A DNA stretch of 64,000 nucleotides from Bifidobacterium breve (GCA_943325005.2 CALPNT020000001.1:5132-69131), one strand, 5' to 3'; positions 39,863 through 51,682 are shown, counted from the first letter of the stretch. The notes: a model not told the origin generated them from the sequence alone. Made by a program: numbers and translations.

Positions 39863-41293
39863 ATGTTTTTACCTTGGCAGCCGCTTCGGATCGTCGGATC
39901 ACTTGTGGCCGACGCGGGTCAACGAGCCTCAGCAGAAGTCCATCTCGACCCTGTCAGGCTGATTCCTGATCAGCTTCACCACAGCGGGGTGACCCTGCCC
40001 GTGGTGATGGTGGTGATCGGCAGCATGTTTCTGGTCACCCTGGCGATCAGTCGTTTCAGCCTCAAACTGGGCGTTCCGGCGATCCTGGGGGTGCTGATCT
40101 TCGGGATGCTGATCGATCCCGGCAGATCACCATTCTCCCCGATCACGATTGAGTGGCTACACACCCTCAGCCTGTCAATGCTGCTGTTTTATGCAGGACT
40201 CAAAACCGAACTGCGCTCCATGCGTGGTTTTCTTGAATACGGCATCGTGCTCGCCATCGGCGGCGCCCTCGTCTCGTCAGTGGTCTTGGGGTTGATCATC
40301 TGTTTCCTGGGCTCCTCCACCGCATCCAGCTTCAGCCTGGGCTTCAGTCAACTGCCACTGGCGGTGGCGATGTTGATCGCGGCCTGCCTGGGATCCACGG
40401 ATGCCGGTGCCACCATCGCCGTGCTCAACGCCGACGGTCCGATTCTGCCGAAACGATTGCAATCTCTGCTGGAGTTCGAAGCTTCGGTCAACGATCCTGC
40501 CGCCATCCTCTTTCTGGGGCTGGTGGTGGGCCTGACAACCATCGGCTCTGGCCATGATCCGGACGCCGTGCTGATCCAGCAACTTCAGTACTTCCTTCAG
40601 AAGATCGGCTCTGGTCTCGTTGTGGGCCTGATCATCAGTTATCTGGCGCGCTTCAGTCTGGAACGCCTCGTGAACGATCAGGCGCAGCTGCTGGTGCTGG
40701 GAGTGGCGATCGCCCTCCTCTCCTATGGCGTCGCCGATTTACTGGGTGGCTCGGGCTTCATTTCCGCTTATGTCTGCGGCTTATTTCTCGCCAACCACAA
40801 GTATCAGAACTTCAATATCAGTACCTACTCGCTGCAGCAAACCCTACTGCCTTTCAACTCGATGACCGAGATTGCCGTCTTCCTGATCTTCGGAGTCGAA
40901 ATGCTGCCCATCAAGCTGCTCAACGTTCTACCCCTGGGTATCATCTCGGCCCTGGCCCTGATGCTGGTAGCGCGTCCGGCCAGTGTGATGCTGTTTCAAT
41001 GGCTCTCTCCGTTCAACCTCAGGGAAAGCCTGTTGATCTCCTGGTGCGGACTGCGAGGAGCCGTACCCCTGGCCCTGAGCTTTGCGGTCACCGAAACCAT
41101 CCCGAAGCTGCCTGGCATCAATCCCGCGGACCTGAAGGATCTGGTCAACAACGCCGAGGGGATCATCTTCAGCGTGGTGATGGTCAACCTGCTGATTCAG
41201 GGCCTCAGTCTGCGCCCCCTGGCCCGCTGGCTGGGGCTGACACCGGCGGAGGACACTGCCGCGGATCTCGCCATCCCCACGGCTGGTCATTGA
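39863..41293 (+). CDS. CPA1 cation:proton antiporter (NhaP2/CvrA-like membrane domain)
   Basis: GSTDAGA, EASVNDP, WCGLRGAVPLAL; start uncertain. Confidence 0.88.
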   Translation: MFLPWQPLRIVGSLVADAGQRASAEVHLDPVRLIPDQLHHSGVTLPVVMVVIGSMFLVTLAISRFSLKLGVPAILGVLIFGMLIDPGRSPFSPITIEWLHTLSLSMLLFYAGLKTELRSMRGFLEYGIVLAIGGALVSSVVLGLIICFLGSSTASSFSLGFSQLPLAVAMLIAACLGSTDAGATIAVLNADGPILPKRLQSLLEFEASVNDPAAILFLGLVVGLTTIGSGHDPDAVLIQQLQYFLQKIGSGLVVGLIISYLARFSLERLVNDQAQLLVLGVAIALLSYGVADLLGGSGFISAYVCGLFLANHKYQNFNISTYSLQQTLLPFNSMTEIAVFLIFGVEMLPIKLLNVLPLGIISALALMLVARPASVMLFQWLSPFNLRESLLISWCGLRGAVPLALSFAVTETIPKLPGINPADLKDLVNNAEGIIFSVVMVNLLIQGLSLRPLARWLGLTPAEDTAADLAIPTAGH

Positions 41294-41791
41294 TCAACCC
41301 AGCCCAGTTGCTCGACCCGAACCTGGCAGGGGCAGCGGATCGGTGATCCAATCCTGGCTGGTGCCGTCGCTGCTGCCGATCGGGCGGGCCAGCCGCCAGC
41401 TCTGGCCCCGCTCTCCCTGTTGCAGAAACAGCTCGAAGGCACTGTCCACTCGAATCGGGTCGCCCGCCAGTCGCCAGTCAAAGTGACCTGCCAACTTCAG
41501 GCCCGCAGCCTCACCGATCCGGATCGGCTGCTGCTGCTCCACCCGCACCCGACTCACCTCCGGCAAGCCAGCCGCCTCCAGATCAAGGGCCCGGGCCACC
41601 TGAGCCTGGGTGAGCTGGATCTGCAGGGCCAGGGCCTGAAGCAGCACCGATCGCGACGGCTGGGCCTGCAGCCCGCAGCCCGCCAGGCCCAACGGCAGCA
41701 GCAACGCCAGCGTCAGGCCCAGGCTCGCCAACCTGTTGAGCAGGGCCTGCGGCCAGTTCGGGCAGCGGGAGCGAGGCAGGGCGGGCAGCAT
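41294..41791 (-). CDS. Hypothetical lipoprotein
   Basis: Hydrophobic segment ending in lipobox LAGC; start uncertain. Confidence 0.65.
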   Translation of the reverse strand: MLPALPRSRCPNWPQALLNRLASLGLTLALLLPLGLAGCGLQAQPSRSVLLQALALQIQLTQAQVARALDLEAAGLPEVSRVRVEQQQPIRIGEAAGLKLAGHFDWRLAGDPIRVDSAFELFLQQGERGQSWRLARPIGSSDGTSQDWITDPLPLPGSGRATGLG

Positions 41792-41813
41792 GGGGGCCGG
41801 TGCACGAGATTCC

Positions 41814-42467
41814 ATGATCGGCTGGCTGCAGGGACAACTGGCCGAACCATGGCAGCAGGCCAACCGTTGCGGGGCGCTGTTGATCTGCCAGGGGGTGGGC
41901 TACGAGCTGCAATTCAGCCCGAGACATTGGCGAGCCCTGCCGCAGGCAGGCGCCGAGCTGGCCCTGCACGTGCACCACAGCATCCGCGAGGACGGCTGGA
42001 CCCTCTACGGCTTTGCGCTGCGGCACGAACGGGATCTGTTCCGGGAGCTGGTGGCGGTGAGTGGCGTTGGCCCCCAGATGGCGCTGGGATTGCTGGGAAT
42101 CATGACCGCCGAAGAGCTGGTGCGGGCCATCGTCCAGGCGGATCTACGGCGACTGGCCGAGGCGCCCGGGGTGGGCAAGCGCACGGCCGAGCGTCTTTCC
42201 GTCGAACTGCGCAGTCGGCTGAAAGAGCGCTTCTGCTCGCTGGTGGAGATGCCGGAGAGCTTTGATGATCTCCTGGATGGCGAGGTGAGCCTGCCCCAGG
42301 GCACGGGCCGCGACGATGTGCAGATCACCTTGGGCGCCCTGGGGTATGAGCCCTTGGAAATCCAGCGGGCTCTGCGGGCCGTGGCGGCTCAGGGGTTGAC
42401 GGCGGACGCCGCCGGGGATGAGTGGATCCGCGAATGCCTGCGCTGGCTATCCCGCTCCGCCGCCTGA
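41814..42467 (+). CDS. ruvA: Holliday junction branch migration protein RuvA
   Basis: [33 protein letters not shown]. Confidence 0.95.
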   Translation: MIGWLQGQLAEPWQQANRCGALLICQGVGYELQFSPRHWRALPQAGAELALHVHHSIREDGWTLYGFALRHERDLFRELVAVSGVGPQMALGLLGIMTAEELVRAIVQADLRRLAEAPGVGKRTAERLSVELRSRLKERFCSLVEMPESFDDLLDGEVSLPQGTGRDDVQITLGALGYEPLEIQRALRAVAAQGLTADAAGDEWIRECLRWLSRSAA

Positions 42468-42564
42468 AGCCACCGGCAGGCCACGGCAGCGAAAGCGCCC
42501 CGCTGACACGGTAATGTCGTTGTTTGCACCGCCAGGGCTTCGGCCTCCGCTCGCTATTTCGCCC

Positions 42565-42834
42565 ATGCCGCTCACCATCACCAAGAAGCAAGAACTGATC
42601 AACGGTCATCAGACCCACGGCACCGATACGGGCTCGGTGGAAGTGCAGGTGGCGATGTTGAGTGAGCGGATCAGCCAGCTCAGCGGTCATCTGCAAAAAA
42701 ACATCCACGACTTCTCTTCCCGCCAGGGGCTGCTGAAGATGATCGGTCGCCGCAAGCGGCTGCTGAGCTATCTGCGCAGCCAGAGCCAGGAGCGCTACAC
42801 CACCTTGATTGCCAAGCTGGGCATCCGCGGCTGA
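42565..42834 (+). CDS. rpsO: 30S ribosomal protein S15
   Basis: [32 protein letters not shown]. Confidence 0.97.
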   Translation: MPLTITKKQELINGHQTHGTDTGSVEVQVAMLSERISQLSGHLQKNIHDFSSRQGLLKMIGRRKRLLSYLRSQSQERYTTLIAKLGIRG

Positions 42835-42844
42835 GCTCGTCATC

Positions 42845-43261
42845 ATGGCTCCGCAGCGGAATCCCAGATCCTTTGGCTCGGCGCAAGCCGGCAAAGGCAG
42901 CAATGGCAAGGCCGAGCCTCCGTTGAAGCCAAAGGCGGCGCGGCAGCAGGCGATTCCCGATGCGGTGGCCAACCGCATGGCCCGGCGCATCGCTATCGCC
43001 ACCGGTATTCCCACCGTGATGGGCATGTCTGTGTTCGTCGGCAGCTACTTGGTGGTGAGCCGGGGTCTCCTGGAGATACCCACCGGCATCACCCTGGTGG
43101 CCTCCGGCGGCTGCTTCCTGCTGGGGCTGCTCGGACTCAGCTACGGCGTGCTCTCTTCCAGCTGGGAAGACGGCGCCGGCAGCCTGCTGGGAACCGAGCA
43201 GATTGGCCTCAACCTCGGCCGCCTCAGACAGTCCGTCAAGGCCATGCGCGAAGGCAGCTGA
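42845..43261 (+). CDS. PAM68 (DUF3464) photosystem II assembly protein
   Basis: IPDAVANRMARRI, GLSYGVLSSSW; downstream of rpsO. Confidence 0.88.
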   Translation: MAPQRNPRSFGSAQAGKGSNGKAEPPLKPKAARQQAIPDAVANRMARRIAIATGIPTVMGMSVFVGSYLVVSRGLLEIPTGITLVASGGCFLLGLLGLSYGVLSSSWEDGAGSLLGTEQIGLNLGRLRQSVKAMREGS

Positions 43262-43576
43262 AACCCCTCAATCCCTGGGCCCAAAGAGGTCGCTGCGACT
43301 GGCCAGAAGGGTTGTGGCGACTGGACAAACGATTCAGCGGTCCTGCTGCCAGCCAAAGCCTGAAGCTGCTCTGAAGCCAAGGCGGTGCAGCGGATCGCCA
43401 CGGAACCATTCGGCGCCCTGCTTTCTGGTCGATCGGCCACAGCCACAGACCATCGCAGCAAGCGGCATCAGCCAGAACCTTGGTCGAGCCAAGCCAGGGG
43501 GGCCCGAGCGGGCCGTCATGGCAAGGGACGGACCGGAGCAAACAGGGTGAAGTTGATCGCTATCGGTGGTCCGGTG

Positions 43577-46500
43577 TCAGGCCGCCGGACCGATCGGTGA
43601 ACGCAAGCTCACCCGGAAATCAGCCGCTGCCAGGGTTTTAACGGCAGCCGGAGCATCGGCCACGCAGAACTGGGGGCCCAGGCGCACCCAACGCGATTCG
43701 CTGCCCTGACGCACCAGCGCCACCACCGGCACCCGCACCCCGGCCTCATCCAGCGCGGGGCGATGGCGGGTGAGGCACTCGCGCAGGCGATGCTGAATGG
43801 CGATGTCACCGGCCTGGTTGGGATCGAGTTCCACCTGCAGCAGTTGCAGATCGTCGATGCTGCGGCAGTCATCGACGATCAGCTGCACCCGTTCATCGCG
43901 ACGATCCACCGTGGCCCACACCAGCAGTCGGGCATCCACCATCAGATGGTCAGCCAGGCGGGCATAAGTTTTGGGGAACACCACCGCCTCACAACTGCCG
44001 GTGAGATCCTCCAGCTGCAGAATCGCCATGCGATCGCCCTTGCGGGTGTTCACCTGGCGCAGCTCCGGCACCATCGCCACAATGCTCACCTTGGCTTTAT
44101 CGGACTGTTCCTCCAGTCGGGCCAGGCTGATCGGCGACAATAGGCTGACCTGAGCGGAGAGTTGGCGTAATGGATGGTCGGAGATGTAAAAGCCGAGCAG
44201 TTCCTTTTCCAGCTTCAACTTTTCGGTGGGGGGATAGTCCGCCACTGGGGCGGCCTTCGGTGCTGTGGACTGATCACCGGCGCCAGGGGCTGCAGCGGCA
44301 CCTGCCAGCAGATCAAAAAGATTGCCCTGGCCACTGGCCCGATCACGGGCGCGGGAGTTAGCCCAGTCGAGGATCAGATCGAGATCGGCCATCAACTGGG
44401 CCCGATTGGCTCCGGTCTCGAGGCCGTCGAGGGCACCACAGTGAATCAGTGATTCCATCGCCCGGCGATTGAGCTGCTGGGTGGGTAGCCGATCACAGAG
44501 ATCGGCAAGGGAAGCGAATGAACCATCAGCATTCCGTTGCTCGATCAGCAGGCGAATCGCCCCTTCCCCGAGATTGCGCACCGCCGAAAGACCAAACAAG
44601 ATCCGATCTCCCACCGGCGTGAAATCAATCCCGGAAGCATTGACATCCGGCGGCAGCACCTCGATACCCATCGCCTGGCAATTGGCGATATAGCGCTGCA
44701 CTTTTTCCGTCTGACCCGCATTGACGGTGAGCAGGGCCGCCATGTAAGCCACCGGATAGTGAGCCTTGAGATAAGCCGTCTGGTAGGTGACGGCGCCGTA
44801 GGCGGTGGAATGGCTCTTGTTGAAGCAGTATTCGGCGAACAGCACCATCTGCTCAAACAGACCTTCAGCCACCTTCGGGTCAACACCGCGATCGCTGGCG
44901 CCCTGCACGAACAGGCTCTGGTGCTTCTCCATCTCCGACTTTTTCTTCTTACCCATGGCGCGGCGCAGCAGGTCGGCTTCCCCCAGGGAATAACCGGCCA
45001 GATCCTGAGCGATCTTCATGATCTGCTCCTGGTACACCATGATTCCGTACGTCTCTTTCAGGATTGGCTCCAGCTTGACGTGGGCCACATCAATCGCTTC
45101 ACGGCCATGTTTGCGATTGATGAATTTGGGGATCAGGCCCGCATCGAGTGGACCCGGACGATAGAGGGCCAGGATTGAGGAGATATCCTCCAGAGAGGAA
45201 GGCTTGAGATCGCGCACAATCTGGCGCATTCCGCTGGACTCAAGTTGAAAAATACCCTCCAGATCACCGCGGGCTAGCAGAGCGAAGGTGCCGGCATCGT
45301 CCTCGGGTAAGGCATCAGGATCGAGACGCGTACCACTGCTCTTATGCACCAGATCAATCGTCTTCTCGATCATCGTCAGGTTCTTGAGACCGAGGAAGTC
45401 CATCTTCAGCAACCCCATCGCCTCCACATCTTCCATGTAGTACTGGGTGATCACCTGGCCATCATTGTTGCGCTGCAGTGGCACCAATTCATCCAGGGGT
45501 TCGGCGGCAATCACCACACCAGCGGCGTGGACACCGAAGGTTTTGTTGGTGCCCTCGATCCGCATAGCCAGATCCACCCAGTGGCGCACCTTCGGATCGC
45601 CTTCATACTTTTCGCGAAACTCCGGGGCCGGTGATTCAGCACCGATCATCTCCTTGAGTTTGGCTGGCTTACCCCTTACCACCGGGATCAATTTCGCCAG
45701 CCGATCAGCCTCGCCATAGGGGATATCCAGCACTCGGGCCACATCCTTGAGCACCGCCTTGGAGGTCATGCGGTTGAAGGTGATGATCTGGGCCACCTTG
45801 TCCTCGCCATAGCGACGGGTGACGTACTCGATCACTTCACCGCGGCGCTCGATGCAGAAGTCGGTATCAATATCTGGCATCGACTTACGTTCTGGATTCA
45901 GAAACCGCTCAAACAGCAACCCATGCTTCACCGGATCGATGTTGGTGATACCGAGGGCGTAGGCCACCAGCGAGCCGGCGGCCGAGCCCCGGCCTGGCCC
46001 CACAGCGATGCCGCTGTCGCGGGCAAAACGGATGTAATCCCACACCACCAGAAAGTAAGTAGGAAAACCCATCTGCTCCATCACCTGCAGCTCGAAAGCG
46101 AGGCGATCGCCATACAGCGGATCGAACGGATGCCCGTCGCCAAGATCAAGCCGGGCCCGTAGGCCCTGTTCACTCACCTCGGTGAGATAGCTCACGGCGG
46201 TGTGTCCCTCCGGGATCGGGAAGCGCGGCATCTGATAGCGGCCGAGGATGTCGTAGTCCTCCACCTTCTCGGCCACCTTCACCGTATTGGCAAGCGCAGC
46301 TGTGATCACTTCAGGCTCGAGGTGATCACTGAACAAGAGGGCCATCTCGGCCTCGCTCTTGATGTATTCCGTGCCGGTGTATCGCAGGCGTTTCACATCA
46401 GTGATCAACTTGCCGGTGAGCACACAGAGCAGAGCATCGTGGGCTTCCACATCGCCCACACTCAGATAATGGGCATCGTTGGTGGCAATCAGCGGAATCC

Positions 46501-47098
46501 CAAGCTCGGCGCCGATGCGGGCCATCTCGGTGTTGACGATGCGATCTTCAAGGCCGCCATGGTCCTGAATCTCGAGATAGAAGTTGTCGCCGAAGGTCTG
46601 CTGATACCAGCCAGCCACCTCACGCGCCACCTCGGGCCGCCCGCTCAGGATCGCCTGGGGAATCTCGCCGCCGAGGCAGGCCGTGGCCACAATCAGCCCC
46701 TCGCTGTACTGCTGCAGTAGCTGCTTGTCGACGCAGGCCCGCGAGAAGATGCCACGGCCGCGCATGCCGCGCAGATGGCTGATGCTGGTGAGCTTCACCA
46801 GGTTGCGATAGCCCACCGCATTCTTGGCCAGCACCACCAGGTGATAGCGCCGTTCTTTCTTTGGCTGTGGATCCGTGATCGAGCCGTTGATCACATACAT
46901 CTCATTGCCGATGATCGGCTTGATGCCGGCCTTCGTGCACAGCTTCAGCAATTCGATGGCGCCGTACATGACGCCGTGATCGGTCAGGGCCAGAGCCGGC
47001 ATGCCCAGGGCCACGGCGCGCTCCACCATGGCCGGCAGCTGGGAGGCTCCATCGAGGAGGCTGTAGTCGCTGTGGTTATGGAGAGGAACGAACGCCAA
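43577..47098 (-). CDS. dnaE: DNA polymerase III alpha subunit, single unsplit ORF
   Basis: [40 protein letters not shown]. Confidence 0.98.
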   Translation of the reverse strand: MAFVPLHNHSDYSLLDGASQLPAMVERAVALGMPALALTDHGVMYGAIELLKLCTKAGIKPIIGNEMYVINGSITDPQPKKERRYHLVVLAKNAVGYRNLVKLTSISHLRGMRGRGIFSRACVDKQLLQQYSEGLIVATACLGGEIPQAILSGRPEVAREVAGWYQQTFGDNFYLEIQDHGGLEDRIVNTEMARIGAELGIPLIATNDAHYLSVGDVEAHDALLCVLTGKLITDVKRLRYTGTEYIKSEAEMALLFSDHLEPEVITAALANTVKVAEKVEDYDILGRYQMPRFPIPEGHTAVSYLTEVSEQGLRARLDLGDGHPFDPLYGDRLAFELQVMEQMGFPTYFLVVWDYIRFARDSGIAVGPGRGSAAGSLVAYALGITNIDPVKHGLLFERFLNPERKSMPDIDTDFCIERRGEVIEYVTRRYGEDKVAQIITFNRMTSKAVLKDVARVLDIPYGEADRLAKLIPVVRGKPAKLKEMIGAESPAPEFREKYEGDPKVRHWVDLAMRIEGTNKTFGVHAAGVVIAAEPLDELVPLQRNNDGQVITQYYMEDVEAMGLLKMDFLGLKNLTMIEKTIDLVHKSSGTRLDPDALPEDDAGTFALLARGDLEGIFQLESSGMRQIVRDLKPSSLEDISSILALYRPGPLDAGLIPKFINRKHGREAIDVAHVKLEPILKETYGIMVYQEQIMKIAQDLAGYSLGEADLLRRAMGKKKKSEMEKHQSLFVQGASDRGVDPKVAEGLFEQMVLFAEYCFNKSHSTAYGAVTYQTAYLKAHYPVAYMAALLTVNAGQTEKVQRYIANCQAMGIEVLPPDVNASGIDFTPVGDRILFGLSAVRNLGEGAIRLLIEQRNADGSFASLADLCDRLPTQQLNRRAMESLIHCGALDGLETGANRAQLMADLDLILDWANSRARDRASGQGNLFDLLAGAAAAPGAGDQSTAPKAAPVADYPPTEKLKLEKELLGFYISDHPLRQLSAQVSLLSPISLARLEEQSDKAKVSIVAMVPELRQVNTRKGDRMAILQLEDLTGSCEAVVFPKTYARLADHLMVDARLLVWATVDRRDERVQLIVDDCRSIDDLQLLQVELDPNQAGDIAIQHRLRECLTRHRPALDEAGVRVPVVALVRQGSESRWVRLGPQFCVADAPAAVKTLAAADFRVSLRSPIGPAA

Positions 47099-47338
47099 GG
47101 AGGAGGAGCTTGGGGACTGGCTCAGGTTAAGGCCAGACGCAACATTCAGCGCCCCATCCGCCTTCTCTGCCCCAATAGCACCAGATATGGTGTCGCCGCC
47201 GCGGCGATCAGGGGTTGAGGGCAGGCGGCTCGTAGCGTCGCACCGTGACCATGCCGGCTTTGGTTGGATCCAGGCTGTGGCAGGGACAAGCCCAGAGCCC
47301 GGGCTGATTCGCCTCCAGGATCACGACACCGTCGGCGC

Positions 47339-48811
47339 TCAGGCCACCAACGCGGCCGCTGGCCGCTGCGCCATCACCCTGGCCGCCTGCTCGTAGTGAT
47401 GGGCGAGTTGCAGCACCCTGGCTTCCTGCAGAACCCCACCAATCAGCTGCAGCCCGATCGGCAGACCCTGGTCGTCGAAGCCACAGGGCACATTGATCGC
47501 AGGCAAGCCCGCCATGTTGGCCGGGATCGTGAGCAGATCGGCCAGATACATCGCCAGGGGATCTTCGGCATGGGCGCCGAAGCGGAAGGCCGTGGTGGGA
47601 GAGGTGGGGCTGAGCAGCAGATCCACCTGCTCGAAGGCACGATCGAAGTCCCGGCGAATCAGCGTGCGCACCTGCTGGGCCTTGCGGTAGTAGGCATCCA
47701 CATAGCCGGCCGAAAGGGCATAGGTGCCGATCAGGATGCGGCGTTGCACCTCATCACCGAAGCCCTCGGCACGACTGCGGGCGGTCATCATCGCCAGGTT
47801 GTCGGCGCCACCGGCCTCGGCCAGGGCCCGGTGCCCGTATTTGACGCCGTCGTAGCGAGCCAGGTTGGCGGAGGCCTCCGACGGGGCGATCACGTAATAG
47901 GTGGCGATGCCGTCGTTGAAGCGCGGGCAGCTGATGTCCACCAGTTCGCAGCCGAGCTGCTCCAGCTGGGCTGCTGCAGCCAGCACCGAGGCCTTCACCT
48001 GGGGATCGAGCCCCTCGGCATCGAAGCATTCACGAATCAACCCCACCCGCAATCCCTTGACGGGCTGCTCCAGGGCGCTGCGGTAATCCGGCACCGGATT
48101 GGTGAGACAGGTGGCATCGCGCCGATCGGCACCGGCGATCACCTGCAGAATTTCGGCACTGTCGGCAACGCTGCTGCTGAAGGGGCCCACCTGATCGAGG
48201 GAGCTGGCAAAGGCCACCAGCCCCCAGCGGCTCACCCGGCCATAGGTGGGTTTGAAGCCCACCACACCGCAGAAGGAGGCTGGCTGGCGGATCGAACCGC
48301 CGGTGTCGGAGCCGAGCGAGGCGAGGCATTCGCCGGCCGCCACCGCCGCAGCACTGCCGCCGGAGCTGCCCCCCGGCACCCGCTCGGGATTCCAGGGATT
48401 ACGGCTGGGACCAAAGGCTGAGGTCTCGGTGGAGCTGCCCATGGCGAACTCATCGAGGTTGGTCTTGCCGAGCAGCACCGCGCCGGCGTTCCAGAGCCGT
48501 TCGGTAACGGTGGACTCGTAAGGAGGCACGAAGGTCTCCAGCATGCGGCTGGAGCAGGTGGTGCGGATCCCCTTGGTGCAGAGGTTGTCCTTGATCGCCA
48601 GCGGGATGCCAGCCAGCGGCGGCAGCGTTTCACCGGCGAGACGGGCTGCATCGATGCGATCGGCGTCGGCGCGGGCCCGCTCCGTCGTGATCTCCAGAAA
48701 GGCGTGAACCGTGGAATCGACCGCTGCGATCCGCGCCAGATGCTGATCGGTCAGCTCACGAGCTGAAACCTCTCCCCGTTCCAGTTTCCCGCGCCACTCG
48801 GCGATCCCCAT
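47339..48811 (-). CDS. gatA: Glu-tRNA(Gln) amidotransferase subunit A
   Basis: [33 protein letters not shown]. Confidence 0.97.
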   Translation of the reverse strand: MGIAEWRGKLERGEVSARELTDQHLARIAAVDSTVHAFLEITTERARADADRIDAARLAGETLPPLAGIPLAIKDNLCTKGIRTTCSSRMLETFVPPYESTVTERLWNAGAVLLGKTNLDEFAMGSSTETSAFGPSRNPWNPERVPGGSSGGSAAAVAAGECLASLGSDTGGSIRQPASFCGVVGFKPTYGRVSRWGLVAFASSLDQVGPFSSSVADSAEILQVIAGADRRDATCLTNPVPDYRSALEQPVKGLRVGLIRECFDAEGLDPQVKASVLAAAAQLEQLGCELVDISCPRFNDGIATYYVIAPSEASANLARYDGVKYGHRALAEAGGADNLAMMTARSRAEGFGDEVQRRILIGTYALSAGYVDAYYRKAQQVRTLIRRDFDRAFEQVDLLLSPTSPTTAFRFGAHAEDPLAMYLADLLTIPANMAGLPAINVPCGFDDQGLPIGLQLIGGVLQEARVLQLAHHYEQAARVMAQRPAAALVA

Positions 48812-48856
48812 CCATTCACAAACCAGCTGTGTTGGACGCTATCAGCTGACCCGCAT

Positions 48857-49126
48857 TCAGGCCGACGCCTCCGGCGGGCTGGCCAGATCAGCGGCCTCCG
48901 TGAGCGGTTCCTGGCGGTTGGTGCGCAGGCAGGTAGCTTCGAGCCTGCCGGGAGCCTCGGAACGCAGATCGGCCAAGAATGTCGGCAGAGCGGCGTCCAG
49001 GGAGCTGCGGCGCATGAACGGCCCGAACCAGTAGACGGCGTCGGGGGCATGGGTTTCCACCCGCGCCCACCAGGTCATCCCCAACCCATTGGCGAGGTTG
49101 CGCATGGGCCAGAGGAAGGAATTCAT
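48857..49126 (-). CDS. DUF1816 family protein
   Basis: GMTWWARVET..YWFGPF..EPLT. Confidence 0.8.
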   Translation of the reverse strand: MNSFLWPMRNLANGLGMTWWARVETHAPDAVYWFGPFMRRSSLDAALPTFLADLRSEAPGRLEATCLRTNRQEPLTEAADLASPPEASA

Positions 49127-49555
49127 GGGCGAGGATTCAAGAGCTCCATTCTGACCAGATCAGCGAACCCGAGGCAGCCGGTGTGAAGGCCACGATGGGA
49201 CACCTCCCATCACTCCGGTTCTCCTGCTGATCGCGGTCCGCACCCTGGACAAGCAGCTCGGCTGAGGCGAGTCCAAAGCGACCGCAACGGGCGACCAGCC
49301 CACCCGGTGGAGCGATGCTGGGCTGCAGGCGGATGTTCGCAGCCCCCAGCCCCAGCCAGCCGCCCACCGGGCCGGCTGAGACGCTTTTCAGCGGCTGTCA
49401 GCTCGCAAGCGGCAGCGTTCCCGACCAACCAAAGCACCGCGCCCTGACGAAGCAGGCCCGGCTCCGTCCTGGGCAACGGCCTGCGGCCGTGCTGACGAAC
49501 AGCTTTGACTTGAGGCCGGGCTGTTCGCCAAGGATCACGGTTCGGTGAGCAACCC

Positions 49556-51682
49556 TCAGAGCTGGATGTCCCCCGCGAACGACGAGAGTCGATCGTCCAA
49601 GGGCTCAGCAGCTGCATGGGTCTGCGGGTTGGGCGTCTCGGCGGCGATGCGGGCATGCCACTGGGGCGACCCCTCGCCCGCGGCCAGGTCGGGGCTGGTG
49701 GCCGCGCCCTGGCTCGCCTCAAGCTCCAGAGCGGGCTCCAGATCGCTCTCCAAAGGCAACTCGGGCTCGCCAGCTGATCGCTCCGAAGCTGAAACCTGCG
49801 GTTCCGCCCTGACCTGGGTCGGGGCGGCGAGCTCGACCTGATCCTGTCTCTCCCTGTCAGGTTGATCGTCGGCTGCAACGTCAGCCGTGAACGCTGGAAT
49901 GCCGGCTGCGGGCACGTCGAGCTCGGGGGCTGGAATCACGCCAGCGCTCTGTTCTGGCCTGGTCTCACCATCCGCCTGCGGCTCAGGTTCGGACTCCTGG
50001 GTTGGCACCAACAGTTCCGCCGGCTCCGGTGTCGTCGGGGCCGCTATCGCCGGCTCCGCCATCGCCGGGGCAGGCAGAGAAGGACGCACCAGCCGCGGCG
50101 CCGGGCTGGTGCCGCGTAGCCCCCGCATCCAGCCACGCCGGGCAATCTCATAAAGCAACAGGGCGGTGGCTACCGAAGCGTTGAGACTCGGCGTGGCACC
50201 CCGCAGGGGGATGCGCACCAACTGGTCGCAGTTGCGACGGGTCAGCATCGACAGGCCATCGCCTTCCGAACCGGTGACGATCACCAGGGGGCCATCCAGA
50301 TCCGCCTCCTCCAGGCTGACGTTGCCTTCCTCCGCCAGCCCGATCACCCGATACCCCTCCTCTTTCAAAGTTTCCAGCGAGCGGTTGAGATTCACCACCC
50401 GGGCCACGGGCAGATGCTCCAGCGCCCCGGCTGCCACCTTGGCGACCGAACCGGTGAGGCCGGCATTGCGGCGCTGGGGCAGCACCATGCCGTGGGCCCC
50501 GAGCGCTTCGGCGCTGCGCACAATCGCGCCGAGGTTCTGGGGATCGGTGAGGCCATCGACGGCCAGCAGCAGCGGGGATTCACCGATCTCGCGGCAGCCG
50601 TCCATCAGGGTGGCCAGGTCGAGGGTTTCAGCCGCTGCCGGCTGCAGCACGATTCCCTGGTGCACGGCACCACCACTGATCTGGCCCAGGCGCGCCCAGG
50701 TCACCTCCTCAACCAGGACCCCAGAGGCTTTGGCGTCCCGCAGCAGCTGCAGGAAGCGGGGGCTGAAGCGCATCTCCGGTGTGCACCAGATGCGGTGGAT
50801 CGGCCGACCGCTCTCGAGGGTGGCCTGGGTGGAATGGCGGCCCCAGATCATGTCGTTGGGAGCAGCAGACGCAAAGGTGTCTGTCTCCAACGGCGCTCCA
50901 GCGGCGTCGCGCGGTTGATCGCGATCGGAACGGAGCGGCGGAGCGCCGAAATCGGCGCGGGCCTCGCCGCGACCGGCGGGACGGAACAACCCAGGCCGAC
51001 CAGCCGGTGCCCGACCTCCGACGGGACGGGGGCGGCGATCCCGATCGGGAGGCCCGCCTTCAGCAGGCCGGCGATCCATCGGGCGCCGATCGGTCGGGCG
51101 GCGATCACTGAACCGGCGCTCACTGGGGCGACCGTCCGCAGGACGACCGTCGCTGGGACGACGATCCGTCGGTCGTCGATCGGTGGGGGGGCGATCGCCG
51201 AAGCGACCTTCTTCAGCACGGCGGGGCAGGGGGGGGCGACCGGGGGAACGCTCAAAGCGCGCCGGGGCGCTGGAGGATTCGCCGCCACGACGCTCAAAGC
51301 GCGCCGGGCCACCAGCTGAGTCGCCACCGCGACGCTCGAAGCGCGCCGGCGCACCAGAGGATTCGCCGCCGCGGCGCTCCCGGGGTTTCCATTCGCCCGT
51401 AGGGCGCTCCCGATCGGGGCCGGGACGCTCGCCACTGGAGCGCGCCGGGCTGGAGCGATCGGCACTGAACCGGCTGCCGCCTTCACGGCCGTAGCGGGGT
51501 CGATCACCGGAGGCTTCACTGCTGCCGGCTTCCGGCCGGCTCCAGCGCGGACTACTGGTACCGCCGGGTCGGAAGGACGACCCAGCCGGCCGCCCGCCGG
51601 CACGGCTGCCGGAGGCTCCGGCCGGCCGGCGAGGAGCCCGATCCGGACGGGAGTCAGGGCGGCGATCAGGACGGGGACTCAT
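49556..51682 (-). CDS. rlmB: 23S rRNA Gm2251 2'-O-methyltransferase with long low-complexity extensions
   Basis: WGRH, HQGIV, DPQNLGAIVRSAEA, GSEGDGL, SLNASVA. Confidence 0.93.
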   Translation of the reverse strand: MSPRPDRRPDSRPDRAPRRPAGASGSRAGGRPAGSSFRPGGTSSPRWSRPEAGSSEASGDRPRYGREGGSRFSADRSSPARSSGERPGPDRERPTGEWKPRERRGGESSGAPARFERRGGDSAGGPARFERRGGESSSAPARFERSPGRPPLPRRAEEGRFGDRPPTDRRPTDRRPSDGRPADGRPSERRFSDRRPTDRRPMDRRPAEGGPPDRDRRPRPVGGRAPAGRPGLFRPAGRGEARADFGAPPLRSDRDQPRDAAGAPLETDTFASAAPNDMIWGRHSTQATLESGRPIHRIWCTPEMRFSPRFLQLLRDAKASGVLVEEVTWARLGQISGGAVHQGIVLQPAAAETLDLATLMDGCREIGESPLLLAVDGLTDPQNLGAIVRSAEALGAHGMVLPQRRNAGLTGSVAKVAAGALEHLPVARVVNLNRSLETLKEEGYRVIGLAEEGNVSLEEADLDGPLVIVTGSEGDGLSMLTRRNCDQLVRIPLRGATPSLNASVATALLLYEIARRGWMRGLRGTSPAPRLVRPSLPAPAMAEPAIAAPTTPEPAELLVPTQESEPEPQADGETRPEQSAGVIPAPELDVPAAGIPAFTADVAADDQPDRERQDQVELAAPTQVRAEPQVSASERSAGEPELPLESDLEPALELEASQGAATSPDLAAGEGSPQWHARIAAETPNPQTHAAAEPLDDRLSSFAGDIQL
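51249..51379. repeat. 42-bp imperfect tandem repeat x3 within rlmB N-terminal extension
   Basis: Units start at 51249, 51291, 51333; encode ERRGG(E/D)SxxxPARF. Confidence 0.85.

Noticed and set aside
43262..43576. Short ORFs between PAM68 and dnaE
   Set aside because: No motifs, no consistent codon bias, no clear RNA structure
43577..47098. Split DnaE intein
   Set aside because: The AEY/CFN insertion site is empty and the ORF is continuous, as expected for picocyanobacteria
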